A stretch of 64,000 nt of DNA. Origin: Dehalococcoidia bacterium (GTDB taxonomy: Bacteria; Chloroflexota; Dehalococcoidia; SZUA-161; SpSt-899). A model generated the notes under the pieces. The model had not been told where the DNA came from. It saw only the letters and a program-made list of their open reading frames with translations, and ran no database searches. A program made the position numbers and the translations under genes. Below are positions 9,075 to 18,628 of this stretch, in pieces. How positions within the stretch are numbered: the stretch's first letter is position 1; every line of letters begins with the position of its first letter. Location of the stretch: the NCBI GenBank assembly GCA_046498265.1, contig JAWOBB010000054.1, positions 12,026 through 76,025 on the forward strand, read 5' to 3'.

Positions 9075-9989
9075 ATGGAAAAAGCGGATAAAATCTGGAT
9101 GAACGGGAAGCTTATCCCCTGGGATGAGGCCAGGGTTCATGTCTTGACACACGGGCTTCATTACGGCACCGGGGTTTTCGAGGGTATTAAATGCTACGAC
9201 ACAGGCAAAGGGCCGGCCATTTTCCGCCTGAGAGAACACATCCAGAGAATGCTCAACAGCGCTAAACTTTATGCCATGCCGATACCTTATTCTCTCGACG
9301 AGCTTTACGAGGCCGTCAAGGAGACGGTGAAGGTAAACGGTTACACTTCCTGCTACATCCGGCCCATCGCTTTTCGCGGTTACGGGGAAATGGGAGTAAA
9401 TCCCGCCAACAATCCGGTGGACGTCTCCATCGTTGTCTGGAAATGGGGGGCTTACCTGGGTGAAGAGGGGATGGAGAAGGGCATCAGGGTCATGATTTCT
9501 TCGTGGCAGCGCATGGATACCCGCTCGATCCCCGTGCATGCCAAGGCATGCGGCCACTACGTCAATTCGGTGCTGGCCAAGCAGGAGGCGCTCAGTCTCG
9601 GATTCGACGAGGCCATCATGCTCAACTCCCACGGGATGCTCTGTGAAGGAAGCGGCGAGAACCTGTTCATCGTAAAGGACGGCACCCTGATCACCCCTCC
9701 GCCGAGCGCGGGGGCCTTAGCGGGGATAACCAGGGATTCGGCCATCACCATCGCCGGGGAAATGGGCATCCCTTTAGTGATAAGAGACATCATCAGGGAA
9801 GAGCTGATGCTGGCCGATGAGGCTTTCTTTACCGGGACCGCCGCGGAGATAACCCCGATTCGGGAGGTCGACGGCAGGGCCATCGGCAACAACGGACGGG
9901 GCAAGATTACGGAAAAGATTCAATCGAGGTTCTTCGAGATCGTCAACGGCAAGGCGGACCAATACCATTACTGGCTGGATTTTGTATAG
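9075..9989 (+). CDS. ilvE: Branched-chain amino acid aminotransferase
   Basis: MEKADKIWMNGKLIPWDEARVHVLTHGLHYGTGVFEGIKCY is a BCAT class IV signature. An AAGGAAG RBS precedes the ATG at 9075. Confidence 0.9.
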   Translation: MEKADKIWMNGKLIPWDEARVHVLTHGLHYGTGVFEGIKCYDTGKGPAIFRLREHIQRMLNSAKLYAMPIPYSLDELYEAVKETVKVNGYTSCYIRPIAFRGYGEMGVNPANNPVDVSIVVWKWGAYLGEEGMEKGIRVMISSWQRMDTRSIPVHAKACGHYVNSVLAKQEALSLGFDEAIMLNSHGMLCEGSGENLFIVKDGTLITPPPSAGALAGITRDSAITIAGEMGIPLVIRDIIREELMLADEAFFTGTAAEITPIREVDGRAIGNNGRGKITEKIQSRFFEIVNGKADQYHYWLDFV

Positions 9990-10052
9990 ACGGCAAGGGC
10001 CGATCGCAGGGAAGGCATGTCCAATCGAGGGCGTACCTTTCTTTTATGACCG

Positions 10053-11075
10053 CTAACCCATAATATCCGGGTCGAATTCCTGCTTGAGGTCCCGCTCCAT
10101 GAGGGCAGGTACCGCTTCCTGCACTGCCAGCCCCTCGAAAAGCACCCGGTAGACCTGCCGGGCAATGGGCATCTCCACTCCCAGCTTTTGGGCCAGCCGC
10201 AGGGCGGCCACGGTGGTATCCACCCCTTCGGCAATCCCGCTCATCGAGGAGAGAATCTCCTCCAGCACGCGTCCCTTGGCCAGTTCCTGCCCCACGAATC
10301 GATTCCGGCTCAGCTGGCTGGTACAGGTGGCCGTCAGATCGCCGAGCCCTGCCAGGCCGGCGAAGGTCATCGGCCTGGCCCCGGCCGCCACCCCCAGCCT
10401 CGACATCTCGGCCAGGCCGCGAGTAATCAGGGCCGCCCGGGTGTTGTCGCCGAACCCGAGGCCGTCAGACATGCCCACCGCCAGGGCCATTACGTTCTTG
10501 AGCGCTCCACCTAGCTCTACCCCGATGACATCGTCGTTGACGTATGCACGGAAGGTCGGAGAGGATACGATATACTGAATCCGGCTGGCCACTTCCACAT
10601 CGGTAGAGGCGATAACCGTGGCGGTCGGCATATTGCGGACCACCTCTTTGGCAAAATTGGGCCCGGAAAGCACGGCGAGCCGGCTGGCAAACTCATTCCC
10701 CAGTTCTTCAATGATGACTTCGGATATGCGCATGGCGGTTTCTATCTCTATCCCTTTGCTGATGGTCAGCAGCAGGGTGGAGGGGGTGAAATGCTCCTTG
10801 AGGATGCGAAGATTATCCCTCATGTTCTGGGCGGGGGGAGACAGTATGGCAAGGTCGGCATCTTTAAGGGATTCGGCGGGTGAGGCCGAAACTTTCATCT
10901 TCTCAGGGAAGCGTACGGAAGGCAGATGAGCCGTGTTTTCCCCGTCGGTGTTCAATCGAGCAGCCTCCTTCTCGGTCCGGGCCCACAGGGTCACTTCCGC
11001 CGTCCCGGCAGCCAGCATTATCCCCAAAGTCGTGCCCCAGGAGGTAGTCCCCATAATCGCAACTCTGGTGCTCAT
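10053..11075 (-). CDS. gpsA: NAD(P)H-dependent glycerol-3-phosphate dehydrogenase
   Basis: N-terminal IMGTTSWGTTLG Rossmann motif and GpsA length. It is in the conserved der-plsY-gpsA order. Confidence 0.9.
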   Translation of the reverse strand: MSTRVAIMGTTSWGTTLGIMLAAGTAEVTLWARTEKEAARLNTDGENTAHLPSVRFPEKMKVSASPAESLKDADLAILSPPAQNMRDNLRILKEHFTPSTLLLTISKGIEIETAMRISEVIIEELGNEFASRLAVLSGPNFAKEVVRNMPTATVIASTDVEVASRIQYIVSSPTFRAYVNDDVIGVELGGALKNVMALAVGMSDGLGFGDNTRAALITRGLAEMSRLGVAAGARPMTFAGLAGLGDLTATCTSQLSRNRFVGQELAKGRVLEEILSSMSGIAEGVDTTVAALRLAQKLGVEMPIARQVYRVLFEGLAVQEAVPALMERDLKQEFDPDIMG

Positions 11076-11725
11076 CTCTCTTCTCCTTTCCGCCCGATTT
11101 TTCGCTCCTCCCCGGCCCGCAGGTTCCTGATGTTATCCCGATGGCGAAGGATAATCAGCACGGTCACTATAACACCGTAAACCAGATATTCAAGGGGGGC
11201 ATAATCCGCTGCCACCATCGGGGCCAGCACAATTATACTGGAGCATCCCCCAACCATTGATCCCAGGGAAACATATCTGGATTTGACTATCGTCCCGACC
11301 CCGATTAACAGGCAGATTACTCCGGCCAGCGGCGACATGGCCAGCAGCCCTCCCAGTGAGGTGTCGACTCCCTTGCCGCCACCGAACTTGAGATATACCG
11401 ACCAGTTGTGCCCGACTACGGCGGCTATCCCTGCAACCACCTGCCCCCCCTGATCGTCGAAGGTCAGTCCGCCAATATCTGCTGTATTGCCCCCGATAAT
11501 GATCCCGCCGAGCAAGGCCGGCACCGCCCCCTTGGCTATATCCGCCAGAAGAGTTATGATGCCCGATTTGACCCCCACCGTCCTCAGCACGTTGGTGAAC
11601 CCGATATTGCCGCTCCCGTACTGGCGGATATCGATTCCCTTTACCAGCCGGCCAACAATCAGTCCGAAAGGGATGGCCCCCAGCAGGTAACCCAGCGCAA
11701 CGATGCCGATAACTTCACCAATCAT
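11072..11725 (-). CDS. plsY: Glycerol-3-phosphate acyltransferase PlsY
   Basis: LGAIPFGLIVGR...GSGNIGFTNVLR motifs. Membrane protein. Confidence 0.9.
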   Translation of the reverse strand: MIGEVIGIVALGYLLGAIPFGLIVGRLVKGIDIRQYGSGNIGFTNVLRTVGVKSGIITLLADIAKGAVPALLGGIIIGGNTADIGGLTFDDQGGQVVAGIAAVVGHNWSVYLKFGGGKGVDTSLGGLLAMSPLAGVICLLIGVGTIVKSRYVSLGSMVGGCSSIIVLAPMVAADYAPLEYLVYGVIVTVLIILRHRDNIRNLRAGEERKIGRKGEER

Positions 11726-13050
11726 TAATTTGAAACCTTCTTGGATAACTTCTTTTTAAATACCAGTTTCAAGGGTGTGCCCCACATATCGAAAGCATTC
11801 CTCAGGCTGTTTTCCAGGTATCGCCGATAGGAAAAATGCACCAGCGCGGGATTGTTGACCTCAAAAACGAATGTAGGTGGACCTATTTCCTCCTGGACGA
11901 CATCTCGTATATTGAAGAACCTCTTGGTCATCGGGGGATGGCTCTCGAAAGCGCGGCGTATGGCTTCCCTCAGCTCGGCCGGGTCGACCTGTCTGGTCCT
12001 TGCCTGATGGATCTTTTCTGCCTCAGGGAGAACCTTGTCTATTCCGAATCCGGTCTTGGCGGAGATAAAAAGGGTCGAGGCATAATGCAGGAACTTCAAT
12101 CCCTTCTTTACCTCAAGCATGGCATCCCTTCTGGTCAGGGCCAGTTCATCGGCCAGGTCCCACTTGTTGATGACCAGAATGATTCCTTTGTAGGCTTCCC
12201 GGATGTAACCGGCTATGTGGGCATCCTGGGCGGTTACCATCTCCGAAGCATCGAGCATCAGCAGGCAGACATCCGCCCGGTCGATTGCCTTTAACGCCCG
12301 CATCACGCTGTACTTTTCAATTCCCCGGTCGATCCTGCCCCGCCTGCGAATCCCGGCCGTATCGATCAGCAGGGCGCGGACCCCATCCCGTTCCACGATA
12401 GTGTCGATGGAATCCCGGGTGGTACCCGGCGTCTCGCTCACGATGGCACGCTTCTGCCCCAGAAGGGTATTGAGCAGCATCGATTTGCCGGCATTGGGAC
12501 GGCCGAGGATGGCTATCTTCAGTGTCTCTTCCTCTTCGGGGAATTCAGGGAATTCGGGAATGCTGGCGGTGACCCGGTCCATCAACTCGGCAATGCCAAA
12601 ATTATGAAGGGCGCTGATGGCTACCGGCTCATCGAGGGGAAGCTGGTAGAATTCGAAGGCCTGCCCGGCTCGCTCGAGGTTATCGCATTTGTTGACCGCC
12701 GGTACCACCGGTTTCTTCGAGCGGCGAAGCATTTCCGCTATTTCCCGGTCGGGAACGGTGAGCCCGTCCTTGCTGTCGACCAGCATCACGATGGCATCGG
12801 CCTCCTCGATGGCCACCTCCACCTGTGCCCTGATGCTCTCGCTGATATCGGAATCCGGAGCCAGTTCCAGTCCGCCGGTATCGACGATCGTGTAAGCCCT
12901 GTCCTGCCACCTTATGCTGGCGGAGACCCGGTCGCGGGTGGTGCCGGGAAGGTCCTCAATGATAGCCTGACGCCTGCCGGCCAGCCGGTTGAACAGGCTG
13001 GACTTGCCCACGTTCGGCCTCCCCACGATAGCGATGATAGGGGTGGTCAT
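11725..13050 (-). CDS. der: Ribosome-biogenesis GTPase Der (EngA), tandem GTPase domains plus KH
   Basis: Two G1 motifs (GRPNVGKSS and GRPNAGKS) and two DTAG motifs. Confidence 0.9.
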   Translation of the reverse strand: MTTPIIAIVGRPNVGKSSLFNRLAGRRQAIIEDLPGTTRDRVSASIRWQDRAYTIVDTGGLELAPDSDISESIRAQVEVAIEEADAIVMLVDSKDGLTVPDREIAEMLRRSKKPVVPAVNKCDNLERAGQAFEFYQLPLDEPVAISALHNFGIAELMDRVTASIPEFPEFPEEEETLKIAILGRPNAGKSMLLNTLLGQKRAIVSETPGTTRDSIDTIVERDGVRALLIDTAGIRRRGRIDRGIEKYSVMRALKAIDRADVCLLMLDASEMVTAQDAHIAGYIREAYKGIILVINKWDLADELALTRRDAMLEVKKGLKFLHYASTLFISAKTGFGIDKVLPEAEKIHQARTRQVDPAELREAIRRAFESHPPMTKRFFNIRDVVQEEIGPPTFVFEVNNPALVHFSYRRYLENSLRNAFDMWGTPLKLVFKKKLSKKVSN

Positions 13051-13146
13051 TGGATTATTCTATCATATAAGCATCTAATACAGCACTATCCGGGAAGGCG
13101 TGCAGGCGATTTCCGGGGTGCTGGTTTTGTCATGCCTGCGTGGGGC

Positions 13147-14076
13147 TTATTCAGAGGAAAGTATCTTAACGGAGGTAACGCTCCCCGATTCCACGCAGAC
13201 GTACAGGAAGGGGGCAACAGGCGCCGTTTCATCTGTGGCAATACTGATGGTGGAACCGCTGCAGACATATCCTTCCAGATTGACGTCCTGAAGGATTTCG
13301 ATGCAGATGATCGTTTCCCCATCGAGTGCCTGTTGAACCTGTGGATCGGCGAGGGCAATTTCTGCTGTCAGGTTCTCGCCGCCGGTAGATTCACCGATAA
13401 TTTCTCCGGCAGGAGGAATGACCTTTGTGGGGTATGTGATTGTAGGTGAGGGTACGGTGGTGGGTGCCGGCACCGGCGGTTCTGCCTCCTCTGTTTCCCA
13501 GGCAAAAGAGGTTCCATTGAGGTCCGTCGTTGCAGGCGGAACTGCCGTTTCTCCACTACCCGTTCCCTTTGACTGCGACTCTTCCGAGTCCCTGGGGCCT
13601 TGAGGTCCCGCAGAGTCTTCGGTGGCCGTTTCGGTAAGGGTATGTGATCCCTCATCTGTGACAGTCGGCGAAGGGGCCTCGGCAACCATATCGGGCTCGC
13701 TGCCGTCTTCACTTATTATCCCCGGAACGGTCAGCGCCAGCACTATGGCGATCAGGGCGGTCAGCCCGGCTGCCGTCACCGCTCGATTATTCCGGAAAAG
13801 CGCCACCAGGGGATCGAGGAAGCTCAGGAACGAAGTTTTTTCCGGTTCCAGTTCCATGGATTTCAGTCGATTGAGAAAGGCCGCTGAGGGCTCGATGCTT
13901 TCCCACATCGCCGGAACTTCCTGCTTCAAACCGGCATCCAGTTCGCGCATCGACTCAAGTTCCCTGCGACAATCGGGGCAGCCTTGCAGGTGCTCCTCGA
14001 TCGACTGAAGCTGTCTTTCTTCGAGCCGGCCGTCGATGTATTCGACTAATCTCTCTCTGACCTCATGGCACTTCAT
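13147..14076 (-). CDS. Anti-sigma factor (zf-HC2 N-terminal domain, one TM helix, proline/threonine-rich extracytoplasmic region)
   Basis: CHEVRERL...CPDCRRE HxxxCxxC motif. It overlaps the ECF sigma stop by 14 nt. Confidence 0.75.
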   Translation of the reverse strand: MKCHEVRERLVEYIDGRLEERQLQSIEEHLQGCPDCRRELESMRELDAGLKQEVPAMWESIEPSAAFLNRLKSMELEPEKTSFLSFLDPLVALFRNNRAVTAAGLTALIAIVLALTVPGIISEDGSEPDMVAEAPSPTVTDEGSHTLTETATEDSAGPQGPRDSEESQSKGTGSGETAVPPATTDLNGTSFAWETEEAEPPVPAPTTVPSPTITYPTKVIPPAGEIIGESTGGENLTAEIALADPQVQQALDGETIICIEILQDVNLEGYVCSGSTISIATDETAPVAPFLYVCVESGSVTSVKILSSE

Positions 14077-14638
14077 GGTTATTTTCTCCCTCTAAATAAA
14101 GACGCAGCATCCGGTATGATTCGCTCAAAATCCGTCTTATCGTTCCTGCCGGGCGATGGAGCGCAAGGGCAATCTGCTCGGTGGAGGCGTCTTCGGAGTA
14201 ACGCAGCATGATGGCCAGCCGGTGCAATTCGGGTAATCTGGCAATGGCGTTTTGCAGATCAATACTGCTGTCTATTGTGCTATTGCCCGGATTGGTGGAG
14301 GCACGGCTGATTTCCAGCCGCATCTCCTCCGTCTCCTTCGCCACCACTTTCTGAGTGCGCTGTTTTTTACGTCCCAAGTCATAAGCGCGGCTGGTGACGA
14401 TGCGGGCAAACCAGGCTCCGAACGATTCCTCCTTTTCGATTTTCCCGATGGATTTGAAGGCGGTGATACAGGCTTCCTGTACCGCATCTTCGGCTTCCTG
14501 CTGATTGGGGATTACGGAATAAGCGATGCGGTAGGCCCGGACAGCATGCATTTCCATGAGCTGCCCGAAGGCCTCCTTATCGCCCGATTTTGCCCGGCGA
14601 AGCAGGGCCTGTTCATTCTGAGTATCCTGATCTGACAT
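14063..14638 (-). CDS. ECF (sigma-24 family) RNA polymerase sigma factor
   Basis: Region 2 (AYRIAYSVI...DAVQE) and region 4 (LPELHRLAIMLRYSEDASTEQIALAL) signatures. Confidence 0.85.
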   Translation of the reverse strand: MSDQDTQNEQALLRRAKSGDKEAFGQLMEMHAVRAYRIAYSVIPNQQEAEDAVQEACITAFKSIGKIEKEESFGAWFARIVTSRAYDLGRKKQRTQKVVAKETEEMRLEISRASTNPGNSTIDSSIDLQNAIARLPELHRLAIMLRYSEDASTEQIALALHRPAGTIRRILSESYRMLRLYLEGENNHEVP

Positions 14639-14757
14639 GGCTCTTTATGGGGATTATAGGATGTTCACAGGGAGCCTGCAAGCGGGTTGACTGGCTGAGA
14701 TGGATATGTTAGGGTGAAACCACTTCACCCTTAAATTGTGTGGGCTGATTTAGAAAA

Positions 14758-15294
14758 ATGATCGAGATGAAGGTCGAAAATATTCTGGTAAGCACCGTTA
14801 ATGACTCCCGCGTGGTTTTACTCAAAGAGGCGGAAGGGGAACGGTATCTTCCTCTGTGGGTGGGTGCCGCCGAGGCCAATGCCATAGCCCTTAAACTGGA
14901 AAATGTGGAAGTGCCCCGTCCGCTCACTCATGATCTGGCCAAGTCCGTCATCGAAAGTCTGGGGGCATCTGTGGAGGAAGTGCTGGTTACTGAGCTGCGC
15001 GAAGAGATATTCTACGGGATAATGGTGCTCAATCGTTCCGGCCAGGAATTGCGCATCGATTCCCGCCCCAGTGATTGTATGGCCATTGCCCTGCGTTTTG
15101 ACGCCCCCATTTATGTCGAGGAACCTGTACTGGACGAGGCGGCCATGGTCCTTGATCCGGAAACAGGGGAACTGCGACCTGCCAGTGAGTTCACCGGTTA
15201 TAAGCCGAGTGAGGAAGTTCCTGAAAAGCCGCCTGAGGCTTTCCGTGAGGTTCTCGATGAGGACTTCGAGGAAGAAAACCAGGATAAGGAATGA
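14758..15294 (+). CDS. Bifunctional nuclease family protein (DUF151/BFN domain)
   Basis: LPLWVG..EA.AI...RPLTHDL...RPSDCMAIALRFDAPIYV matches the BFN domain pattern. Confidence 0.75.
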   Translation: MIEMKVENILVSTVNDSRVVLLKEAEGERYLPLWVGAAEANAIALKLENVEVPRPLTHDLAKSVIESLGASVEEVLVTELREEIFYGIMVLNRSGQELRIDSRPSDCMAIALRFDAPIYVEEPVLDEAAMVLDPETGELRPASEFTGYKPSEEVPEKPPEAFREVLDEDFEEENQDKE

Positions 15295-15312
15295 CCGGCT
15301 GCTGTTTTTTGA

Positions 15313-16374
15313 TTACCAGGAGTGGCTTATGGCATCCTGCGGACAGGCCCGATGGCAATCGGTTTCCCTCTGAGAACAAATGCTGATTCCCGGACACAGA
15401 TAAGATAATTTCTTCCGAACTTCCTCTCGCACCACGGCCCTGGGTTTCGAACCGTTTTCTTCGAATATAGAAAAAATGTTTTCGTGGCAGGCAGCCACGC
15501 ACGCCCCGCAACCATCACACCTGGCAGGGTCAATGGTGATGAAATACTCGCCGGTGCCATCGGAGTAGCCGTACTGGGCCTTTATCTCTTCCAGCTTCCC
15601 TCCCTCGAGTCTTTCGGCGGCAAAGAGTGCCGCTCCGAGGGCGCCAACGAGCTGGGGGTCGTCGCAAAGCAGAGGCTCAAATCCAAGCTTTTCGGCAAAC
15701 TTGTCCACCAGCCCCCTGTTCTTAGAGATGCCGCCGGTGATGCTGAAGTCCGGTTCGATGCCCACCCGCTTCAGCAGATTTATACTGCGCTGCGAGATGG
15801 CGTTGTTGAGCCCGGAGAGGATTTTGTCTTTCTCCACTCCCTGCCGGCGGTAGGCAATGGCATCTGACTTGGCGAACACGGCACACACCGTGTTGAAAGA
15901 GACGGCCTCCTTTGCCGCCAGTGACATCTCTCCGGCTTCGGTAAGCGATAATCCAAGTACCTCGGCGATCATCTCCAGGAATCTTCCTGTTCCGCCAGCG
16001 CACTTATCGTTCATGGCAAAGTTTTTCACGTGTCCCTGACCGTCGCAACTGATGGCCTTGTTGTCCTGCCCTCCCATATCGAGGATGGTTCTCACCGAGG
16101 GAAAGTACCAGTTTATTCCCCGGGCATGGCAGCTTATCTCGGATACGTTCTCGTGAGCGAAGGGAACCAGCACTCTTCCATATCCGGTGGCAACGATGTA
16201 ATCGATGTCTCCCTTAGCCAGCCCCGTTCCCTCCAGCAACCCGGACATGGTGGCTTCGGAGGTGCGCACGCTCTCGGCCAGGGTATCGCCGATCACAGAT
16301 GAGATGATCTCGTTATCTCTCATCAGCACGCCTTTGGCGGCCCGCGACCCGATATCGATTCCGGCAACCAGCAT
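15313..16374 (-). CDS. BadF/BadG/BcrA/HgdC-type ATPase (CoA-substrate-specific enzyme activase) with C-terminal 2x[4Fe-4S] ferredoxin-like extension
   Basis: MLVAGIDIGSRAAKGV actin-fold ATPase start. C-terminal CDGCGACVAACHEN...CHRACPQDAIS. The ORF-track N-terminal 22 aa extension translates a palindromic repeat, so the start is placed at ATG 16374. Confidence 0.8.
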   Translation of the reverse strand: MLVAGIDIGSRAAKGVLMRDNEIISSVIGDTLAESVRTSEATMSGLLEGTGLAKGDIDYIVATGYGRVLVPFAHENVSEISCHARGINWYFPSVRTILDMGGQDNKAISCDGQGHVKNFAMNDKCAGGTGRFLEMIAEVLGLSLTEAGEMSLAAKEAVSFNTVCAVFAKSDAIAYRRQGVEKDKILSGLNNAISQRSINLLKRVGIEPDFSITGGISKNRGLVDKFAEKLGFEPLLCDDPQLVGALGAALFAAERLEGGKLEEIKAQYGYSDGTGEYFITIDPARCDGCGACVAACHENIFSIFEENGSKPRAVVREEVRKKLSYLCPGISICSQRETDCHRACPQDAISHSW

Positions 16375-16402
16375 TTTTGTTAAGAATCCTTTCTTACTAC
16401 AT

Positions 16403-16475
16403 ATGTCATTCCGGACCCTGATCCGGAATCCATCTTCCAACCCTAACTAGATTCCCGCCTTCGCGGGAATGACAT
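16403..16475. repeat. Palindromic intergenic element (ATGTCATTCCGG...CGGGAATGACAT), possible relative of the 79 bp TGTCATTCTGA family
   Basis: It consists of two sub-hairpins (ATTCCGGA/TCCGGAAT and ATTCCCG/CGGGAAT) and sits in the leader between the activase and dehydratase genes. Confidence 0.5.
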
Positions 16476-16534
16476 TTCTGGCACTTTCCGTATTGCCACG
16501 CTTCGCTCGCAACAACAATTCTACCCTTAATCTA

Positions 16535-18628
16535 TCAAATTTGCCCCTGCTCCGCATTCTCCCGGGCGATAATCGCCGCCCCCAGGGCTGCCACCGTTTG
16601 AGGATTTTCCGGGACCAGAATCTCAAATCCCACCTCTTTTTCGAGAATATGAATCAGGCCTTTACTCATGGCAACACCACCGACGGCGGCTACGTCCTTT
16701 TCGATCCCGATTCGTTTACACATCGCCATGATCCGGCTAACCATCGAAGCATAGATGCCGGCGGCGATATCGGGCATGGGGGTGGGCGGGTCGCGGTGCA
16801 CATGGGAGATCACCTCTGATTCGGCGAAAACCGCACAGGTATTGGAGATCTCCGCCGGCGAAACCGACTTGAAGGAGATTTCGGACATCTTCTCCAGTGG
16901 CATGCCCATCAGTCTTGACATCTGCTGCAGGAAAACCCCGCTGCCGGAGGCGCATTTGTCCTGATTCTCCCAGGCAAGCAGCTTGCCCCTGGCATCTATC
17001 TTAAGCAGGGAGCTCGTCTCGGCACCAAGGCTTATTACAGTTCGAACCGAAGGGAAAAGGTAATGAACCCCACGGGCCAGGCAGGTGTTGACGGCCTGCT
17101 GGCCTGAGCTGAAAGTAATGGATTTGCCCCCGCTGCCGGTGGCAATGAGCGGCAATCCGTTATCAAAACTTAACCCGGCATTCTCGAAAGCCATTTGCAG
17201 CGTAGCACGGGCACTGGCCTCGTTATCGTCACCCGAATCGATGACGCTCTGTGCCAGGATATCGCCATCACTGATAACCACCGCCTTGGTGGTCAGGCTG
17301 CCAATATCCACACCCGCTGTGATCAGGTCGTTCCGGGGTCCGGCCAGCGAAGCCTTTTCCCCGGTCCCTGCCAGGAGCTCGAAGAATTGCTCCATTTTCC
17401 CCCTGATCTCATCCTGCGAGGTGATGGTGGGGTCGACCACATCGCAGTCGAGGGTCATCACCGGCACATCGATCTCGTTCAGCAGGTCCTTGAATATCTT
17501 GATGGTGGCACAGGCATGCCGGCAGCCCACATCAGCATAGTAGATGGCACCGTCTATTCGATATTCCCTGGCACAGTTTTTAATGCTGGTAAGAGCCCTG
17601 TCATCCAGCGGCCCGTACATCCGCATCTCCGGTATCATGTAGGATTTGCGGGCCACGCTCTCCAGGGGTTTCGCAGGATCGAGCCTCCCTTCGTCCCAGA
17701 AAGTAAAGAAGGGTTCGGTAACGCTCACCGCCCCGTGTTCCTGAGAAATCTTTTCCAGGAAGCTGGTCAGGTACATCGGCGGGAGGAAAAAGCTCATCAG
17801 CCGGAAGCGCTCTTGGGGAACCGCCCCTTTTCCCTCTCTTACCATTTCCGCCAGCTCATCTCTAAGGGTTTCCAGGTATTCGATGGCCTCCGGCTGGCCG
17901 GGGAAGAGGTAGTCGGCGGTCAGCAGTTGCATGAATCCCTGGGGTGAGAAAGGGGTGGGAACGGCTTTGCGCAGTTCATTTATTTCCCGGGTAAGCTCGA
18001 TCTGCCGGTCCATTCGAGCCACGATGTCGGAGAACCGGTCCCAGTCAACCTTTCGGCCTGAGTGTTTTTCCAGGAAAGCAACCATGTCGCCCAGTTCCTC
18101 TGTCAGGTACTGCACCTCTTCATCGCTCTGCTTGAAAGGGCGGTCGAGGAAGAAGCCGGGGATATTCAGCATATTCACTATCAGTTCCCCGCTCTTGGCG
18201 GTGTTGTCGCAGACCATGTTCGACCAGAGCATAACATCGGGCCGGGGAATGGTTCCCAGGGCAAAGGCGCCCGCCAGCCCGCGGTGAGGGGTGCATATCT
18301 CGGAGGCCAGCCCCAGCTGGTTGCCGGCGGTGACGATCTCCGAGCTTTCCCCCGTAAACAGGGTGATCATCCAGGTGGTGGCTTCCGTGTGCATCGGCAC
18401 CACGTCCAGGGCATACAGTACCTCGGCGGGGAAGAACACCGTGTGGGCGGCGATAATCTTGCCTTCATCGTGAGCCTTCATCAGCCGCTCGTAGTAGGTA
18501 TTGAGCATCCGATAATAGAGGGCATCGCTCTTGCGCTCGGGGAAGGCCTGCTGCGTGAGCCGGGAGATCCGCCGGGATGCCCGGATGATCGATTTCAGCT
18601 TGTCGTTTCCCGTTGATATCACCTTCAT
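16535..18628 (-). CDS. Fusion protein: 2-hydroxyacyl-CoA dehydratase D-component-like (HgdB/BcrB-like) N-terminal domain plus C-terminal HgdC-type activase ATPase domain
   Basis: The N-terminal half shows the HGD-D family pattern (KIIAAHTVFFPAEVLYALDVVP). The C-terminal half shows GVDIGSLTTKAVVISDGD and an actin-like ATPase core. Confidence 0.8.
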   Translation of the reverse strand: MKVISTGNDKLKSIIRASRRISRLTQQAFPERKSDALYYRMLNTYYERLMKAHDEGKIIAAHTVFFPAEVLYALDVVPMHTEATTWMITLFTGESSEIVTAGNQLGLASEICTPHRGLAGAFALGTIPRPDVMLWSNMVCDNTAKSGELIVNMLNIPGFFLDRPFKQSDEEVQYLTEELGDMVAFLEKHSGRKVDWDRFSDIVARMDRQIELTREINELRKAVPTPFSPQGFMQLLTADYLFPGQPEAIEYLETLRDELAEMVREGKGAVPQERFRLMSFFLPPMYLTSFLEKISQEHGAVSVTEPFFTFWDEGRLDPAKPLESVARKSYMIPEMRMYGPLDDRALTSIKNCAREYRIDGAIYYADVGCRHACATIKIFKDLLNEIDVPVMTLDCDVVDPTITSQDEIRGKMEQFFELLAGTGEKASLAGPRNDLITAGVDIGSLTTKAVVISDGDILAQSVIDSGDDNEASARATLQMAFENAGLSFDNGLPLIATGSGGKSITFSSGQQAVNTCLARGVHYLFPSVRTVISLGAETSSLLKIDARGKLLAWENQDKCASGSGVFLQQMSRLMGMPLEKMSEISFKSVSPAEISNTCAVFAESEVISHVHRDPPTPMPDIAAGIYASMVSRIMAMCKRIGIEKDVAAVGGVAMSKGLIHILEKEVGFEILVPENPQTVAALGAAIIARENAEQGQI

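Noticed and set aside
8120-9100. Genomic island or integrative element at tRNA-Gln
   Set aside because: No integrase, direct repeat of the tRNA 3' end, or phage genes were seen. Flanking genes (HAD hydrolase, ilvE, gpsA-plsY-der) are core metabolism with typical GC.
14712-14730. Perfect 7 bp hairpin GGGTGAA-accac-TTCACCC as a terminator between the ECF sigma and DUF151 genes
   Set aside because: The genes are divergent, so nothing needs terminating here. The hairpin overlaps the predicted -10/TSS of the DUF151 gene and lacks a U-tract. Possibly a regulatory stem, but unsupported.
17195-17947. 250 aa ORF on the + strand (and 18062..18616 +)
   Set aside because: It is antisense to the dehydratase-activase fusion gene. 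The long open frame is a GC3 artefact.
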